DNA of 64,000 bases, taken from positions 1 through 64,000 of IMG/VR virus record IMGVR_UViG_3300021431_000103. One strand, written 5' to 3'. Numbering within the stretch: position 1 is the stretch's first letter; every line of letters starts with the position of its first letter. This DNA is from a virus (Duplodnaviria; Caudoviricetes). Under the pieces are notes generated by a model that was not told the DNA's origin, did not search any database, and saw only the letters and a list, made by a program, of their open reading frames with translations. Below are positions 20,802 through 31,817 of the stretch, one piece after another. Position numbers and translations under genes: made by a program.

Positions 20802-21923
20802 ATGGCTAATAAATTGTTGGCTAAGATGAAAAAGGAAAAGGCTTTCCTTGATGTTTTAAGTACAGAACATAAAGAAGCCGAATGGTTATCAACAAATTGT
20901 ATTTCAGTTAATTTGTTGCTAAGTGGTAAAATCCAAGGACGGAATTAAGAAAGGTTGTATAAGCATGCTCTGTGCAGATTCACGGATGGGGCAAGAGCAT
21001 GCTAGGATATTCCGTTTTGAAATCTGCTTATGATAGTGGAATGGATTGTTTTATTGTTGATACAGAAAATGCTACGAATTACGATGTATTGACTTCTCTA
21101 GGTGTAAATATGGATGATGTTGGTGTTTTTAAGACCAATAGAATTCCTGAAGTAAAACAAATCCTTGCTAAGTTGGCTAAAGGATTGTCTAGGGAAGAAG
21201 CTAGTAATGTTTTTCTTTTGATAGATTCATGGGGACCACTTGTTACTGAACAAGTAATGGAAAAAGCAGAAGAAGCTAGTTCAGCTGCTGATATGGGTAG
21301 TACAGCTCGTTTCAAGAATGAATTGGCTAATGTGTTGCTTGCTTGTAACTTTACAACATTGGTATTAAACCATGTGTATGCTTCATTGCAGCAGTATGGC
21401 GATGCTTTTGCGATACCTGGCCGGAAAACGCATCTTTTTTAATTCAGATGCTATTGTTCTCGCATCTAGTGCAGCAAAAGACAAGGATAAAGAAGGTAAC
21501 ATTCTAGGTAAAATCATTACTGCTAGTGTAAAGAAAGGCCGTGCTGCAAAGGAATTTGTGAAGACCAAGTATCTAATACTTCACAATGGTGGTGTATCTC
21601 CATATTTTGGATTGCTTGATGAAGCAATGGAATGTGGCGAAGTCTACAAGCCAAAGCCTGGTTACTATTCTAGAACCAACTTTGATGTTGATAAGGAAAC
21701 TGGAGAAGTCACTAAGATGTGGCGAGAAGAAGAACTCTATTGTCCTGAGTTCTGGGTACCCATCTATAAGACAGAAAACTTCCGACATTTTGTAGAAGCT
21801 AAATTTGCTTTTGAAGATCAGGAGTTAATCACTTCTACACAGAATGTGATGGACATGATTAATGGTAAAGCAGAAGTTCCTACAAATAGTAAGGAAGTTG
21901 TTGAACCTGTAGACGAAGAATAA
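20802..21923 (+). CDS. uvsX: RecA-like recombinase UvsX; +1 CGG-A sites at 20940, 20983, 21422
   Basis: SVNLLLSGKIQG[C]GIKKG, Walker A ADS[C]GWGKS, IDSWG, NHVY, IPG[C]GKRIFF; GAGGT RBS. Confidence 0.9.
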
Positions 21924-21936
21924 TAAAAGAAGGAGA

Positions 21937-21975
21937 TGTGCAGTATTCCTGTAATGGGTGTACTGCATTTTCTTT
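21937..21975 (+). terminator. Terminator-like hairpin
   Basis: TGCAGTA..TACTGCA followed by T-run. Confidence 0.5.
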
Positions 21976-21977
21976 TT

Positions 21978-22700
21978 ATGCTAGAATTAAATAAGATCTA
22001 TTTGCTAGATTGTATTGAAGGTATTAGACAGTTAGATGACAAGAGCATTGACTGTGTTGTAACGAGTCCACCATACAACAAGCACAATCAAACTGGCGAG
22101 AATACGAACATGAAGTATGACAAGTATTCTGACGATATATCTGAAGAAGAGTATCAAGCTGGTCAGATTGAACTATTTAATGAACTGCACAGAGTCTTGA
22201 AGGACGATGGTCACATATTCTACAACCACAAGAACAGATATGAATTAGGTAATCTCATATCTCCATTGTATTGGCTATCAAAGACAGACTACAACATTAG
22301 GGAAGAAATCATTTGGAACAGACAATTAACAGCAAATACACGTGGCTGGCGTTTTTGGACTGTTGACGAGAGAATTTATTGGTTGCAGAAAAAGTCCTTA
22401 AAACAACAGGAAATCAAGAATACTGTGGCTTCAATGACGAACATATGGACTATTAGTCCAAAGAACAACAAGGAGAGTGGCCATCCTTGTGCCTATCCAG
22501 AAGAAATTGTAAGAAGATGTTTACTAGCATTGGATGGGGAAAACTTGACTATTTTGGACCCGTATATGGGTAGTGGCACAACTGCTAAGGTAGCGAAAGA
22601 ATTAGGCCACAACTACATTGGATTTGATATATCAGAAAATTATGTGAAGTTGGCAAATGAAGCACTAGAAAATTGCAATGTAGAGGATTTTTTGATATGA
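21978..22700 (+). CDS. DNA methyltransferase, N4-C/N6-A beta class
   Basis: TSPPY, HPCAYP, DPYMGSGTT motifs. Confidence 0.9.
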   Translation: MLELNKIYLLDCIEGIRQLDDKSIDCVVTSPPYNKHNQTGENTNMKYDKYSDDISEEEYQAGQIELFNELHRVLKDDGHIFYNHKNRYELGNLISPLYWLSKTDYNIREEIIWNRQLTANTRGWRFWTVDERIYWLQKKSLKQQEIKNTVASMTNIWTISPKNNKESGHPCAYPEEIVRRCLLALDGENLTILDPYMGSGTTAKVAKELGHNYIGFDISENYVKLANEALENCNVEDFLI

Positions 22701-23389
22701 ACATAAAAATAGATGAAGAAACAGGAATGATACAGTCACCAATGGTGGAAAGTATATTTCCAGTAGAATATGATGTATTGTTTAAACGATTGAAAAATAA
22801 AATACCATACTTAGAAAAATACTACATTGATGCTGGAGATAATTTACACCTGTATTTTGTTCCTTCAATTATGAAAGACTATCCTGATTTTGAAAATTAT
22901 ATAGAAACTTATCAATGGTATGTAAGTATGGTAAAGAAAGACCATATTACAGTAGTTCCATTTGATTATACTTATTTTAGAAAAGAAGATTCAAAACGAG
23001 ATAGATTCAAACAAAATATAATTTCAGATAGACTATACCATATTACTGACAAATCACCAGACATAATAAGTGTTACAGGGTTGAGAGCAAAAGCACAACC
23101 AGATTTTAGTAGATTTGAAAAACATTCTGGTAGATGTTATCTTATATCTGAATTTATGTGTAAGTACAATGGGATAAAATCTTCTACTATTATAATGCAG
23201 CTAATTAAAAAATTCCACAATTTGTATAAGAAAAATCTATATTATGTCTATGAAATAGATTTGAGCTACTTGAAAAACAATGAAACAAAAATTTTCAATG
23301 ATTTGTCTATGTATTCTTATGGATGCTACATACAGCACAACATACCACCAGAACACATAACACTATTATCAAAAGTTCCAATAAAATAA
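22697..23389 (+). CDS. Putative ADP-ribosyltransferase-fold (Tpt1/KptA-like) protein
   Basis: LYHIT..I...GL, RCYL, EIDL, NIPPEHI pattern. Confidence 0.45.
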   Translation: MNIKIDEETGMIQSPMVESIFPVEYDVLFKRLKNKIPYLEKYYIDAGDNLHLYFVPSIMKDYPDFENYIETYQWYVSMVKKDHITVVPFDYTYFRKEDSKRDRFKQNIISDRLYHITDKSPDIISVTGLRAKAQPDFSRFEKHSGRCYLISEFMCKYNGIKSSTIIMQLIKKFHNLYKKNLYYVYEIDLSYLKNNETKIFNDLSMYSYGCYIQHNIPPEHITLLSKVPIK

Positions 23390-23432
23390 TTTTAGAAAAA
23401 ATTCACAAAATTTTGTTATATTTGGAGATAAT

Positions 23433-24860
23433 ATGATTACGAAAGATTTTGAGAAGATTATAATTAAAACATTGTTCGCAAACCCAACAATTTGTTCAAA
23501 GGTTCTACCAGCACTATCTGTAAAATGGTTTAGTGAATATGACACCAAGGCCATTGTAGAAAAGATAATTGATTTCAATACAAAATACAGTAGTATGCCA
23601 AATGCTATTGAATTGAAAAGGTTAATTACAGATGAAAAGACTTTGGGTGTATTGAATGAAATACTAGACATAAAAGATGAAGAAGTAAATACACCATTCA
23701 TTAAGAGCGAGATAGAAGAATTTGTAAGAAAGAAATTACTTTATAATGAAGCCCGGTGAGATACAGAACTATGTATCTGGTGGTACACAAAAAGAATCAT
23801 TTGCTGACAATGTAGCTGCGGCTGAAGCATTTACATTTGATGACAACATTGGTTTTGACTTCTTTACAGAGGTCAAAAGACTGTATGAAGATGCCAATAC
23901 GAAAGAAGTCATATTCAAGACAGGATTGAAGACCATTGATGACTTGATTGGTGGTGGATTACACGAAAAGTCATTGACTCTTGTCATGTCTCGGAACCAA
24001 TGTTCGGAAAGACTCTGATAATGTGTTCGCTTGCCACCAATTTTATACTACATGGCTATCGTGTATTGTATGTAACATTTGAAGATAGTGAAAACAAGAT
24101 TGCTACTCGTATAGCACAGAATATGTTTGATGTTACACAGCAACAGTACAAAGCAATGTCAAAAGATAATTTTAGAACAGCATATGGGCAAGCATTGGAA
24201 AAAGTAAGAAAGCATTTTAAAGATGCTGAAATGGCAAAGCACAATCTAATCATCAAGGAATATCCTGAAGGAACTATCAATGCTCTACATCTTGAAGCAC
24301 TATTGAAAGATTTGAAGGACAAAAAGAAGTTTGTACCTGATATTATGCTTGTTGATTATATTGGATGTATGATTCCAAATGGTAAGCCAAATCCAAATAT
24401 GAATTCCAATACACTATTGACATTGGCAGCACAACAAGTTAGAGCATTGGGTATGAAATATGGTTTTCCTGTAGTATCTGCTTCTCAGACAAATAGAGGT
24501 GGTTATGGAACAGCAGAAATTTCATTGAGTGATGCTGCGGATTCATTTGGTCAAAATATGAAGGCCGATGCTGTATTTGCAGTAACACAGACACCAGAAA
24601 TGAAAGATCAAGGAATGTATAGTGTACAACTACTAAAGACCCGTTATGGTAATCAGAGAGGACAAGTAGTAACAATTGGTGTAGATGTTGAAAAGCAGAG
24701 AATTTTTGACTTGAATTCTTCATCTAGTGTAGCGGCTAGAACAACAAGTATTGTTGATAGCAAGATTGATTTTAATAGTCTTGGCTCTACACCATATTCA
24801 ACTCTTAGTGGAACAAGCGGAGAGAAAGACATGAGTTCTGTAAATGAAACAGCATTTTAA
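23433..24860 (+). CDS. 41: Replicative DNA helicase gp41 (DnaB family); +1 sites at 23754 (CGG-T), 23992 and 24005 (CGG-A)
   Basis: TGLKTIDDLIGGG, Walker A MS[C]GTNV[C]GKT, TFED, VDYIG, SASQTNR, DSFG, LKTRYG. Confidence 0.9.
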
Positions 24861-24871
24861 AGGAGTATGTA

Positions 24872-25264
24872 ATGGATTTGAATGATTTTATAGAAGATGG
24901 CGAAGGTCAAACCAATACCCAAAACCAAAAAGAAAGATTTTTCAAAATCATGGCAATGAATGGTTTTGATTTTTATGATATTGATGAAGCAACAAAGCTA
25001 CCAAAATTCTTGATACCAGTAATAGATAATGATACCGAAGAATTCAATAAGTTCAATATATTACTTGCGAAACTACATAAGAACAAACAAGTCAATATAC
25101 TAGAAGCATTATCCATTCTGGTTGAAGATTATCTTGAACCAACATTGGCATTGAAGTGTTTGGATGAATTGAACTATGTTGCTTTGACAACAGAATTGAA
25201 AGAAAAGTTCAAAATTAAATCAGCAGAAAAACAGGATTTGTCAATCTTGGATTTCTTGAATTAG
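24872..25264 (+). CDS. Putative late-transcription coactivator gp33-like protein
   Basis: ILEALSILVEDY..ELKEKF pattern and T4 synteny 33-59-32. Confidence 0.4.
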   Translation: MDLNDFIEDGEGQTNTQNQKERFFKIMAMNGFDFYDIDEATKLPKFLIPVIDNDTEEFNKFNILLAKLHKNKQVNILEALSILVEDYLEPTLALKCLDELNYVALTTELKEKFKIKSAEKQDLSILDFLN

Positions 25265-25267
25265 TGT

Positions 25268-25882
25268 ATGATTACTAAAGATGGTTTGTATAATCTTTAT
25301 CGTGAATTGAGAAAGATGCTTCTCAATCCAACTAAAGGTGTTGTGAAGAAATTTACAACAAACTATTTTAAGTATTTTACTGACTTCTATTACAATAAAA
25401 CAAAAGGTTGGGAAAAGGGAGCAAATAATTTTACTACTCTAGCAAATGCTATCAACAGTGGACATTTTTCACTGGATGCGTTCTGTGTGATCTTCATTGG
25501 TTACTACATTATGAAGCAAAAAACCTTAACACAAAAACAATTGAATAGTATTGTATTGTTGGAGAATTTAAATAAATTTTATACACCATTTGAAATGGAA
25601 AAACAAAGAGAATTTATAAATAGAGAAATTGAATCATCGGTGAATACAGAAGATGTTTTTGCCGAATTCACTCAAACAAAACTAGATGTATATCAAGTCG
25701 GAGAAGATCAAAAAAATGTATTGTATGAATGGATTAAATCCGGTAAGGTCAATCTAATTCATTTCATTATAGCGTGGCATGACCACAAATTTGAAATAGA
25801 TGAGAAAAAGATTACTGACGAAGATTATCGTATGTTCGTTCAATATATGAAGATCATTAGACATAACATGTACAAAATGTAA
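25268..25882 (+). CDS. Putative helicase loader gp59-like protein
   Basis: DGLYNLYRELR N-terminus, size and position upstream of gp32. Confidence 0.45.
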   Translation: MITKDGLYNLYRELRKMLLNPTKGVVKKFTTNYFKYFTDFYYNKTKGWEKGANNFTTLANAINSGHFSLDAFCVIFIGYYIMKQKTLTQKQLNSIVLLENLNKFYTPFEMEKQREFINREIESSVNTEDVFAEFTQTKLDVYQVGEDQKNVLYEWIKSGKVNLIHFIIAWHDHKFEIDEKKITDEDYRMFVQYMKIIRHNMYKM

Positions 25883-25887
25883 AAAAT

Positions 25888-26029
25888 TATAAATACATTA
25901 GGTAATTAAATAGAGAAGGGTTTAATTGCTGCATAAAAATTAAGAATATAAAAACGGTTTATTCCGTTTATTCCGTGTATTTACCCCCTTCTCAATATAC
26001 ACGGATTTTTTATAGAGAAGGGAAATTTT
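25888..26029 (+). promoter_or_regulatory. Late promoter plus RBS-sequestering leader of endonuclease gene
   Basis: TATAAATA 25888-25895; AGAGAAGGG at 25912 and 26014 both complementary to CCCTTCTC 25986. Confidence 0.6.
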
Positions 26030-26996
26030 ATGGAAGAATATATTTGTCAGTTTTGTGATGAAAAATTAAAATCAAAAACTTCATTAAAATACCATATTAA
26101 ATCAAAGCACAATATGGATTTTAGAACATATTATTTTTTGTTTTTGAAAAAGCCTGAAGATACTTGTTTTTGTGAAATTTGTGGCAGCTTAAATACATTT
26201 CGGTCCACATGATAAATTACATAGATTTTGCTCATGTCATTGTTCAAATACATATACAACAATACAAAGACATAAACAAAATACATTTTTTAATAAAAGA
26301 AAAATGGAAGAAACTTCATTAAAATTACATAAATGTAAAAATTATACAAATAGAAAAAAATATAAAGAAACTTGTAAAAATAAATGGGGTGTAGATAATT
26401 ATTTTAAAACTGCTGAGTATTTAATACCTAGAATTTTTAGAGATAAACAAGATCATATTAAAAGGCTTAATAAAAAATTGAAAAATGGTTATTGTATGAA
26501 TTATAATCATAAAAATAATACAATACACTACCATTGTAATTTATGTAATAAAGATTACATATGTAACCATGACACTTTCTTAACTCGTCTTGGAAGGAAT
26601 CAAAATCCATGTCCACAATGTTTTAAAAGACAAGCTGGTTCTTCTGGTGAATATGAACTTAGACAATATATTCGTTCTATATTTAAAGGATTAGTATTAT
26701 ATAATGATAGAAAAACCATAAATCCATTAGAACTAGATGTTTATCTACCAGATTTAAAAATAGCATTTGAATTTGATGGCGCTTATTGGCATATGGATTC
26801 TAGAATTTATAAAGCAACAGATTTCAATATAAATAAACAAAAATGTGCCAAAGATATATGGGATTATGATAAAAATAAAGATAAAATAGCAGAAAATAAT
26901 GGAATTAAAATTATTAGAATTAAAGAAATAGATTGGATTAAATCAAAGGATAAAGAAAAAATAAAAATTAGAAAAATTTTAGAAAACGCAAAATAG
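26030..26996 (+). mobile_element. Free-standing homing endonuclease (zinc fingers + PD-(D/E)xK); +1 CGG-T site at 26201
   Basis: CQFC..H...H, CEIC, CPQC; LELDVYLPDLKIAFEFDGAYWH; skipping C26201 joins ORFs 26030 and 26304. Confidence 0.75.
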
Positions 26997-27091
26997 TTTT
27001 CTACATTAGAGTATGTAAAGAAAATGATTTCTTTATATAAACATAAACAAAAGCAAAACAAGGCAAAACAAATCATATAGGAGATAAAAAT

Positions 27092-28039
27092 ATGCCAATT
27101 AAACGCGATTTCAATGATTATTTCTCTCAAATCCAGCATGCAGGTAATGCTGGTAGTACAGAAAAGAAATCATATAAAGTAGAAAATGCTTTCACGCCAG
27201 TCATCAAGGATGGTTCATATGAAGTGGTAATGAGATTCTTGCCATCTCATCCTAACGAAATAGCCCCTTTTGTGGAGAACAGAAATCATATGTTCCAGCT
27301 CAAGAATGGTGCTTGGTTTGGTTGTGATTGTTTGAGTAAGTGGGGCAAGCCATGTCCTATTTGCGATTTCAACAGAGCCATGTGGAAGAAATACCCCAAG
27401 GAAGAAGCAAAGAATAAGACTCTTGGTAAGTTCAAGCCAAATTATGTTTCCAATGTTCTCATTGTTCGTAATGACAATGCCCCTGAAACAGAAGGAAAGG
27501 TATTCAGGTTTGAATACAAGTCATTGGTAATGGGTCTAATCTCTAAGGCAATGACTGACCATGAAGATCCAGAAGAAGGCATAATTAAAGGTTTCAATCC
27601 ATTCGACTGGAAGACTGGTGCTAACTTTATTTTCAAGGGTGTACAGGCCGGTAAGTTCGTAAAGAATGACGGTTCCATGTTTGGTGCTCAAAAACCAATT
27701 AATCGTTGGGATAGGGCAACAAAGAAGTTCGTACCTTTGACAGACGAAGAAATTGATGCCATTGAAGGTCAGCTCTATACACTTGCTGATTGTGAACATA
27801 AGTTAGAAGATGTTCGTGATTATCAAGGCATTTTGGATTCGTATTTGAAGAAGAATGGTACACCTCTTGGTGCTGACGAAGGTCTATCATTCGGTAATGG
27901 TGTTGCTGTGGCAAATACAAATGCTGCTGCTTCTACCACTACTATTCCTGAAGATGCTTCATTTACACCCAATACAGAAAGCGTTGAAGAAGAAGTTACT
28001 GATAGCGATGACTTCTTTAGCAAGCTCTCTAATATGTAA
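27092..28039 (+). CDS. 32: Single-stranded DNA-binding protein gp32
   Basis: MRFLP, H..C...CPIC zinc site, GKVFRF, GANF, acidic tail DDFFSKL. Confidence 0.9.
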   Translation: MPIKRDFNDYFSQIQHAGNAGSTEKKSYKVENAFTPVIKDGSYEVVMRFLPSHPNEIAPFVENRNHMFQLKNGAWFGCDCLSKWGKPCPICDFNRAMWKKYPKEEAKNKTLGKFKPNYVSNVLIVRNDNAPETEGKVFRFEYKSLVMGLISKAMTDHEDPEEGIIKGFNPFDWKTGANFIFKGVQAGKFVKNDGSMFGAQKPINRWDRATKKFVPLTDEEIDAIEGQLYTLADCEHKLEDVRDYQGILDSYLKKNGTPLGADEGLSFGNGVAVANTNAAASTTTIPEDASFTPNTESVEEEVTDSDDFFSKLSNM

Positions 28040-28068
28040 TAAGTATAAAAATATAAATTATGTTATCA

Positions 28069-28098
28069 AACCACTATTGGAAAACCAATGGTGGTTTT
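28069..28098 (+). terminator. Rho-independent terminator
   Basis: AAACCACTATTGG-aaaa-CCAATGGTGGTTT. Confidence 0.65.
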
Positions 28099-28130
28099 CT
28101 ATATTAAAGAGAAAAAGAAGGTATAAAACA

Positions 28131-29054
28131 ATGAACTATTTTCATAACACAAAACTTCGCATTTTGAACATTACACATTGCGATATGGATGGTGCTGCAT
28201 CTGGTATTGTCATCAAGAACTACTTCAATGATGTTATAACTGAATCAATTACTTACTCACAAGAAAATACAATCATTCCTAGAATGTCAAAGCACAGAGA
28301 CAATTTTGATGCTGTCATTTTTACTGATTTTACACCTTGTAATCTGAATGAAGTAAAAGCATTTGGTAAACCAGTTCTAGTATTAGACCACCACGAAAGT
28401 GCCATTAAGTTCAACAATCCAAAAGAATTCGTATATGTCTGTCCTGGGTTCAGCGGGGCAAAATTGGCTTATGAATACTTCAACCATAATGATTGTTTGA
28501 AGCATCTAGAAGAACTTGTAACGATTGTAAACGATTTTGATTTATACCTATTAAAAGATCCAAGGAGTAAGCCATTCAATTCTTTGTATTGGGATATGGG
28601 CTTTAGTTGGTTCATCAATCGTTTCTATTCTGGTGATGTGGAATTAAGTAAACCAGAGAAAGCATTTCTAGTGCGAAAGCAAAAAGAATTCAAGAAATAC
28701 TATGACAATCTTGAAATCTCTGATCTTAAAAATGGTGGTGTATTCTGCTATTCAGACAAATTTATATCTGAGGTTAGTGATGCATTGAAGGAAGAGGGAT
28801 ACAAGTGGATTATATTGTATAGAACAGGATTCTTGTCTGTCCGTAGTGCTGACAATAGTGACATCAATCTAGTAGAAGTCACGAAGATTCTAGGTAAAGG
28901 TGGCGGACACGAACATGCTGTTGGTATTCCACAAGAGAAAGATCAATTGAACGATTTAATAAAGAGAGTTGAAGATTCAGTTGAATCATATTTGGAATCA
29001 AAGAAAAATCCACCTGCAGATGCATTTATGAATAAACTGATGGCCAATAAATAG
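28131..29054 (+). CDS. DHH-family phosphoesterase
   Basis: THCDMDG, FTDF, LDHH, GGGHEHAVG motifs. Confidence 0.85.
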   Translation: MNYFHNTKLRILNITHCDMDGAASGIVIKNYFNDVITESITYSQENTIIPRMSKHRDNFDAVIFTDFTPCNLNEVKAFGKPVLVLDHHESAIKFNNPKEFVYVCPGFSGAKLAYEYFNHNDCLKHLEELVTIVNDFDLYLLKDPRSKPFNSLYWDMGFSWFINRFYSGDVELSKPEKAFLVRKQKEFKKYYDNLEISDLKNGGVFCYSDKFISEVSDALKEEGYKWIILYRTGFLSVRSADNSDINLVEVTKILGKGGGHEHAVGIPQEKDQLNDLIKRVEDSVESYLESKKNPPADAFMNKLMANK

Positions 29055-29059
29055 GACAA

Positions 29060-29917
29060 ATGCAAGTACAGAATATAAAAAATCAGTATGACAATAAAAT
29101 GGTACCTTTGGATTTGAACGAAGGTGTAATGAACAACATTGTAAAGTGTATAGAAGAACCAATCACATGTCCTACAAAAGACAACATACCACAATGGAAG
29201 TTCTGCACAGTAAAAGGTAACATTCGTTGTAATGACAATATGGATAAGACCAACATTTTGATTCTTGACTATGATGATGCTGGCTATTCGTATCAGGAAT
29301 TTGAAGATCGTTTTAGAGGTTACAAATACTATCTACATACTAGCTATTCATACAATGGAACAAATAGTAAATTCAGAGTGCTACTGTTCCTAGATAAGGA
29401 ATATGATATAGATAGAATGTTCTGTAAGACATCACTTCGCATTAAAAGTCCATTGGATTTGTTGTTGGAGTATTTTAACCATGTTGACCCAGCTAGTTTT
29501 GTTAAGTCACAGTTTTTCAAGGTCCCGGCAAAGAAGACAAAAGATTCGCCATACTATTACAACATTCATGATGGTGAATTATTTTCACTAGAAGAAGACA
29601 TTGTATCATACAAATTTGCTTATGCTTCTTGTTATGGACAACTTGAAGATGAAAAACGAGAGCGAGAAACAAAATCACAAGTATTGAAGACACAATTCAA
29701 TGGCGATTTGACAAAAGCAATAGAGTTCGTGAAAAGGAAAATGGAAGAAGCACCTGCAGGAGAAAGACATAACTGTATATTTGGGCTTGCTTCATTTTTT
29801 CATCGTATTGGTGGTGATTATATATCTTTTTCAACAATAAGACCAAGTTGGGCTGATAAAGGATTTGAAAAACAAATGAAAAGATTAGAGAAAGAATGGG
29901 ATAAATTAAAAGTATAA
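29060..29917 (+). CDS. AEP-superfamily primase with PriCT-like C-terminus
   Basis: LILDYDD, LHTSYS, KFRVLL, GERHNCIFGLA motifs. Confidence 0.7.
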   Translation: MQVQNIKNQYDNKMVPLDLNEGVMNNIVKCIEEPITCPTKDNIPQWKFCTVKGNIRCNDNMDKTNILILDYDDAGYSYQEFEDRFRGYKYYLHTSYSYNGTNSKFRVLLFLDKEYDIDRMFCKTSLRIKSPLDLLLEYFNHVDPASFVKSQFFKVPAKKTKDSPYYYNIHDGELFSLEEDIVSYKFAYASCYGQLEDEKRERETKSQVLKTQFNGDLTKAIEFVKRKMEEAPAGERHNCIFGLASFFHRIGGDYISFSTIRPSWADKGFEKQMKRLEKEWDKLKV

Positions 29918-30010
29918 ATATATTATAAATGAGGACAGTGGCTAGCTACCATTTTAATACCTAGAATATTAATTACTCATTTATAATTAATTTCTATCTA
30001 GGAGAAATAT
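29913..30010 (+). promoter_or_regulatory. Late promoter plus hairpin leader of endonuclease gene
   Basis: TATAAATA 29913-29920; TATAAATGAG/CTCATTTATA and CCTAGA/TCTAGG (covers AGGAG RBS). Confidence 0.55.
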
Positions 30011-30943
30011 ATGCTTTGCAAAATTTGTAATAAAGAATTTGATTCTAAATCTGTAAAATTTTATTATCATTTAAAAAACCATCATAATCTATCAATAAAA
30101 GAATATTATGATGAATATTTGAAAAAACCAAATGATGGTATTTGTGTTAGTTGTGGTAAACCAACTAAATTCATTAATTTAAAACACGGATATTTAAAGC
30201 ATTGTTGTTATAAATGTTCAAATAATGATGTTGAAAACAACAAAAATCGTGGTAATAGTATTTCATTTACATTAAAAAATAAAAGTTTTGAAGAAAATAA
30301 AGATAGGTTGTATAAAAACACTATTACAACTATATCAAACCATTTTAATTGTTCAATAGATGAAGCAAAAAATTATTGTAAAGAAAATAATATAACAAAT
30401 ATTGCCCAATTAGATTGGATTAAAGAAAAAGTACACACTGAAGAAATCAATGAAAAAATATCACAAAAAATTTCTTTATTTCAAAAAACAATTACTATTG
30501 ACAAAAGAAATGAATTAAACGAAAAATTCTTTAAAACTTGTATAGACAGATATGGTAAATATGTTTTTACAACAAATTATGTGTATAATAATATACATTT
30601 TCATAGTAGTTGGGAATTAGCATATTATATTTGGTTAAGTGACCACAATATTGAATTTGAATATCAATTAGAACCAATATTATATGAAGTAAATGGTATT
30701 AAAAAGAAATATATAGTTGATTTTAAAATTAATGATACTTTGATAGAAATAAAAAATGATTATTTATTAAGAAAGCTAAAATCAGGTGAAAATGAAGCAC
30801 TAAAATCAAAATATGAATGTATGTTAAAAAACAATGTTAAAATTTTAACTGATGATGATATGAAACCATATTTAAAATATATTGATGAAAAATATGGTAA
30901 AGATTATTTAAAACAATTCAAAAGCACTAAAAATAAAACTTGA
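30011..30943 (+). mobile_element. Free-standing homing endonuclease (zinc finger + TnsA-like PD-(D/E)xK)
   Basis: CKIC..H...H, CVSCGKP, FHSSWE, YIVDF, LIEIK motifs. Confidence 0.75.
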
Positions 30944-31122
30944 TGAATTAAAAACTTGAGAAATAATGGTATAAGATCGGTAAATAAGATCAAAAAATTT
31001 TCATTCTACAACATAACATAAAATCTGTTGCTATATTTTCTCTATAGATTTTGGAGAAGTTAATGGCTAATGGATTTATGACACCAGAGAAGATTAAGTT
31101 CATCTATATTTTTAAGAATACG

Positions 31123-31801
31123 ATGAAACTAATCAACGAGAATGAAGTAAAAGATTTGATAAACAATTCTGTTGGATTTACTGATGAAGATCAGATTACA
31201 TTTGAAAGTAAACAATTCAACACGAAAATATATCTAGACAATAAAGACACATTTGACAAAGCAATAGAGATGGGTCGGTGAAGTATCTATCTTGAATATG
31301 GCTTCGTTAAAGAATGCTGGTGGTGGAGTAAGGATAGGTTGCCATGCCCAAGAAGAATGTTTGTGTAGAAGGAGCAATCTATATCCTGTTTTGAAGTCAT
31401 TCGTCTATCCATTACCAAGGGTATCAACAATCTACACACCAGGAATTACAATCTACAAGGATTCTAAGTACAATCCATATCCAATACCATACAAAGTAAA
31501 TGTTTTGTCTGCTGCTATGTGTAAACTGCATAGGGACCAGGAATTTACAAAGGAACATGCCCTATTGGCGAAGGAAAAGATAGAGCATCTATTGAGAACT
31601 GCATTACATTTTGACCAACGCAGATTGGTCTTGGGTGCTTGGGGCTGTGGTGCTTATAGATGTCCACCAGATATAATAGCCAAAATCTTCAAGATTGTAT
31701 TGGAATCGCCAGAATTCAAGAACCAGTTTGAAGAAATATGCTTTGCCATTCTAGACTATCAAGGAGCAAACTATAAGGCATTTAGCCAACAGTTTGCTTA
31801 A
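31123..31801 (+). CDS. TIGR02452 microbial PARG-type macrodomain protein; +1 CGG-T site at 31276
   Basis: ILNMAS..NAGGG, AQEECLCRRSNL, YTPG, LVLGAWGCGAY; upstream alternative start 31051 possible. Confidence 0.85.
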
Positions 31802-31817
31802 AAATCATAAATAGTAT

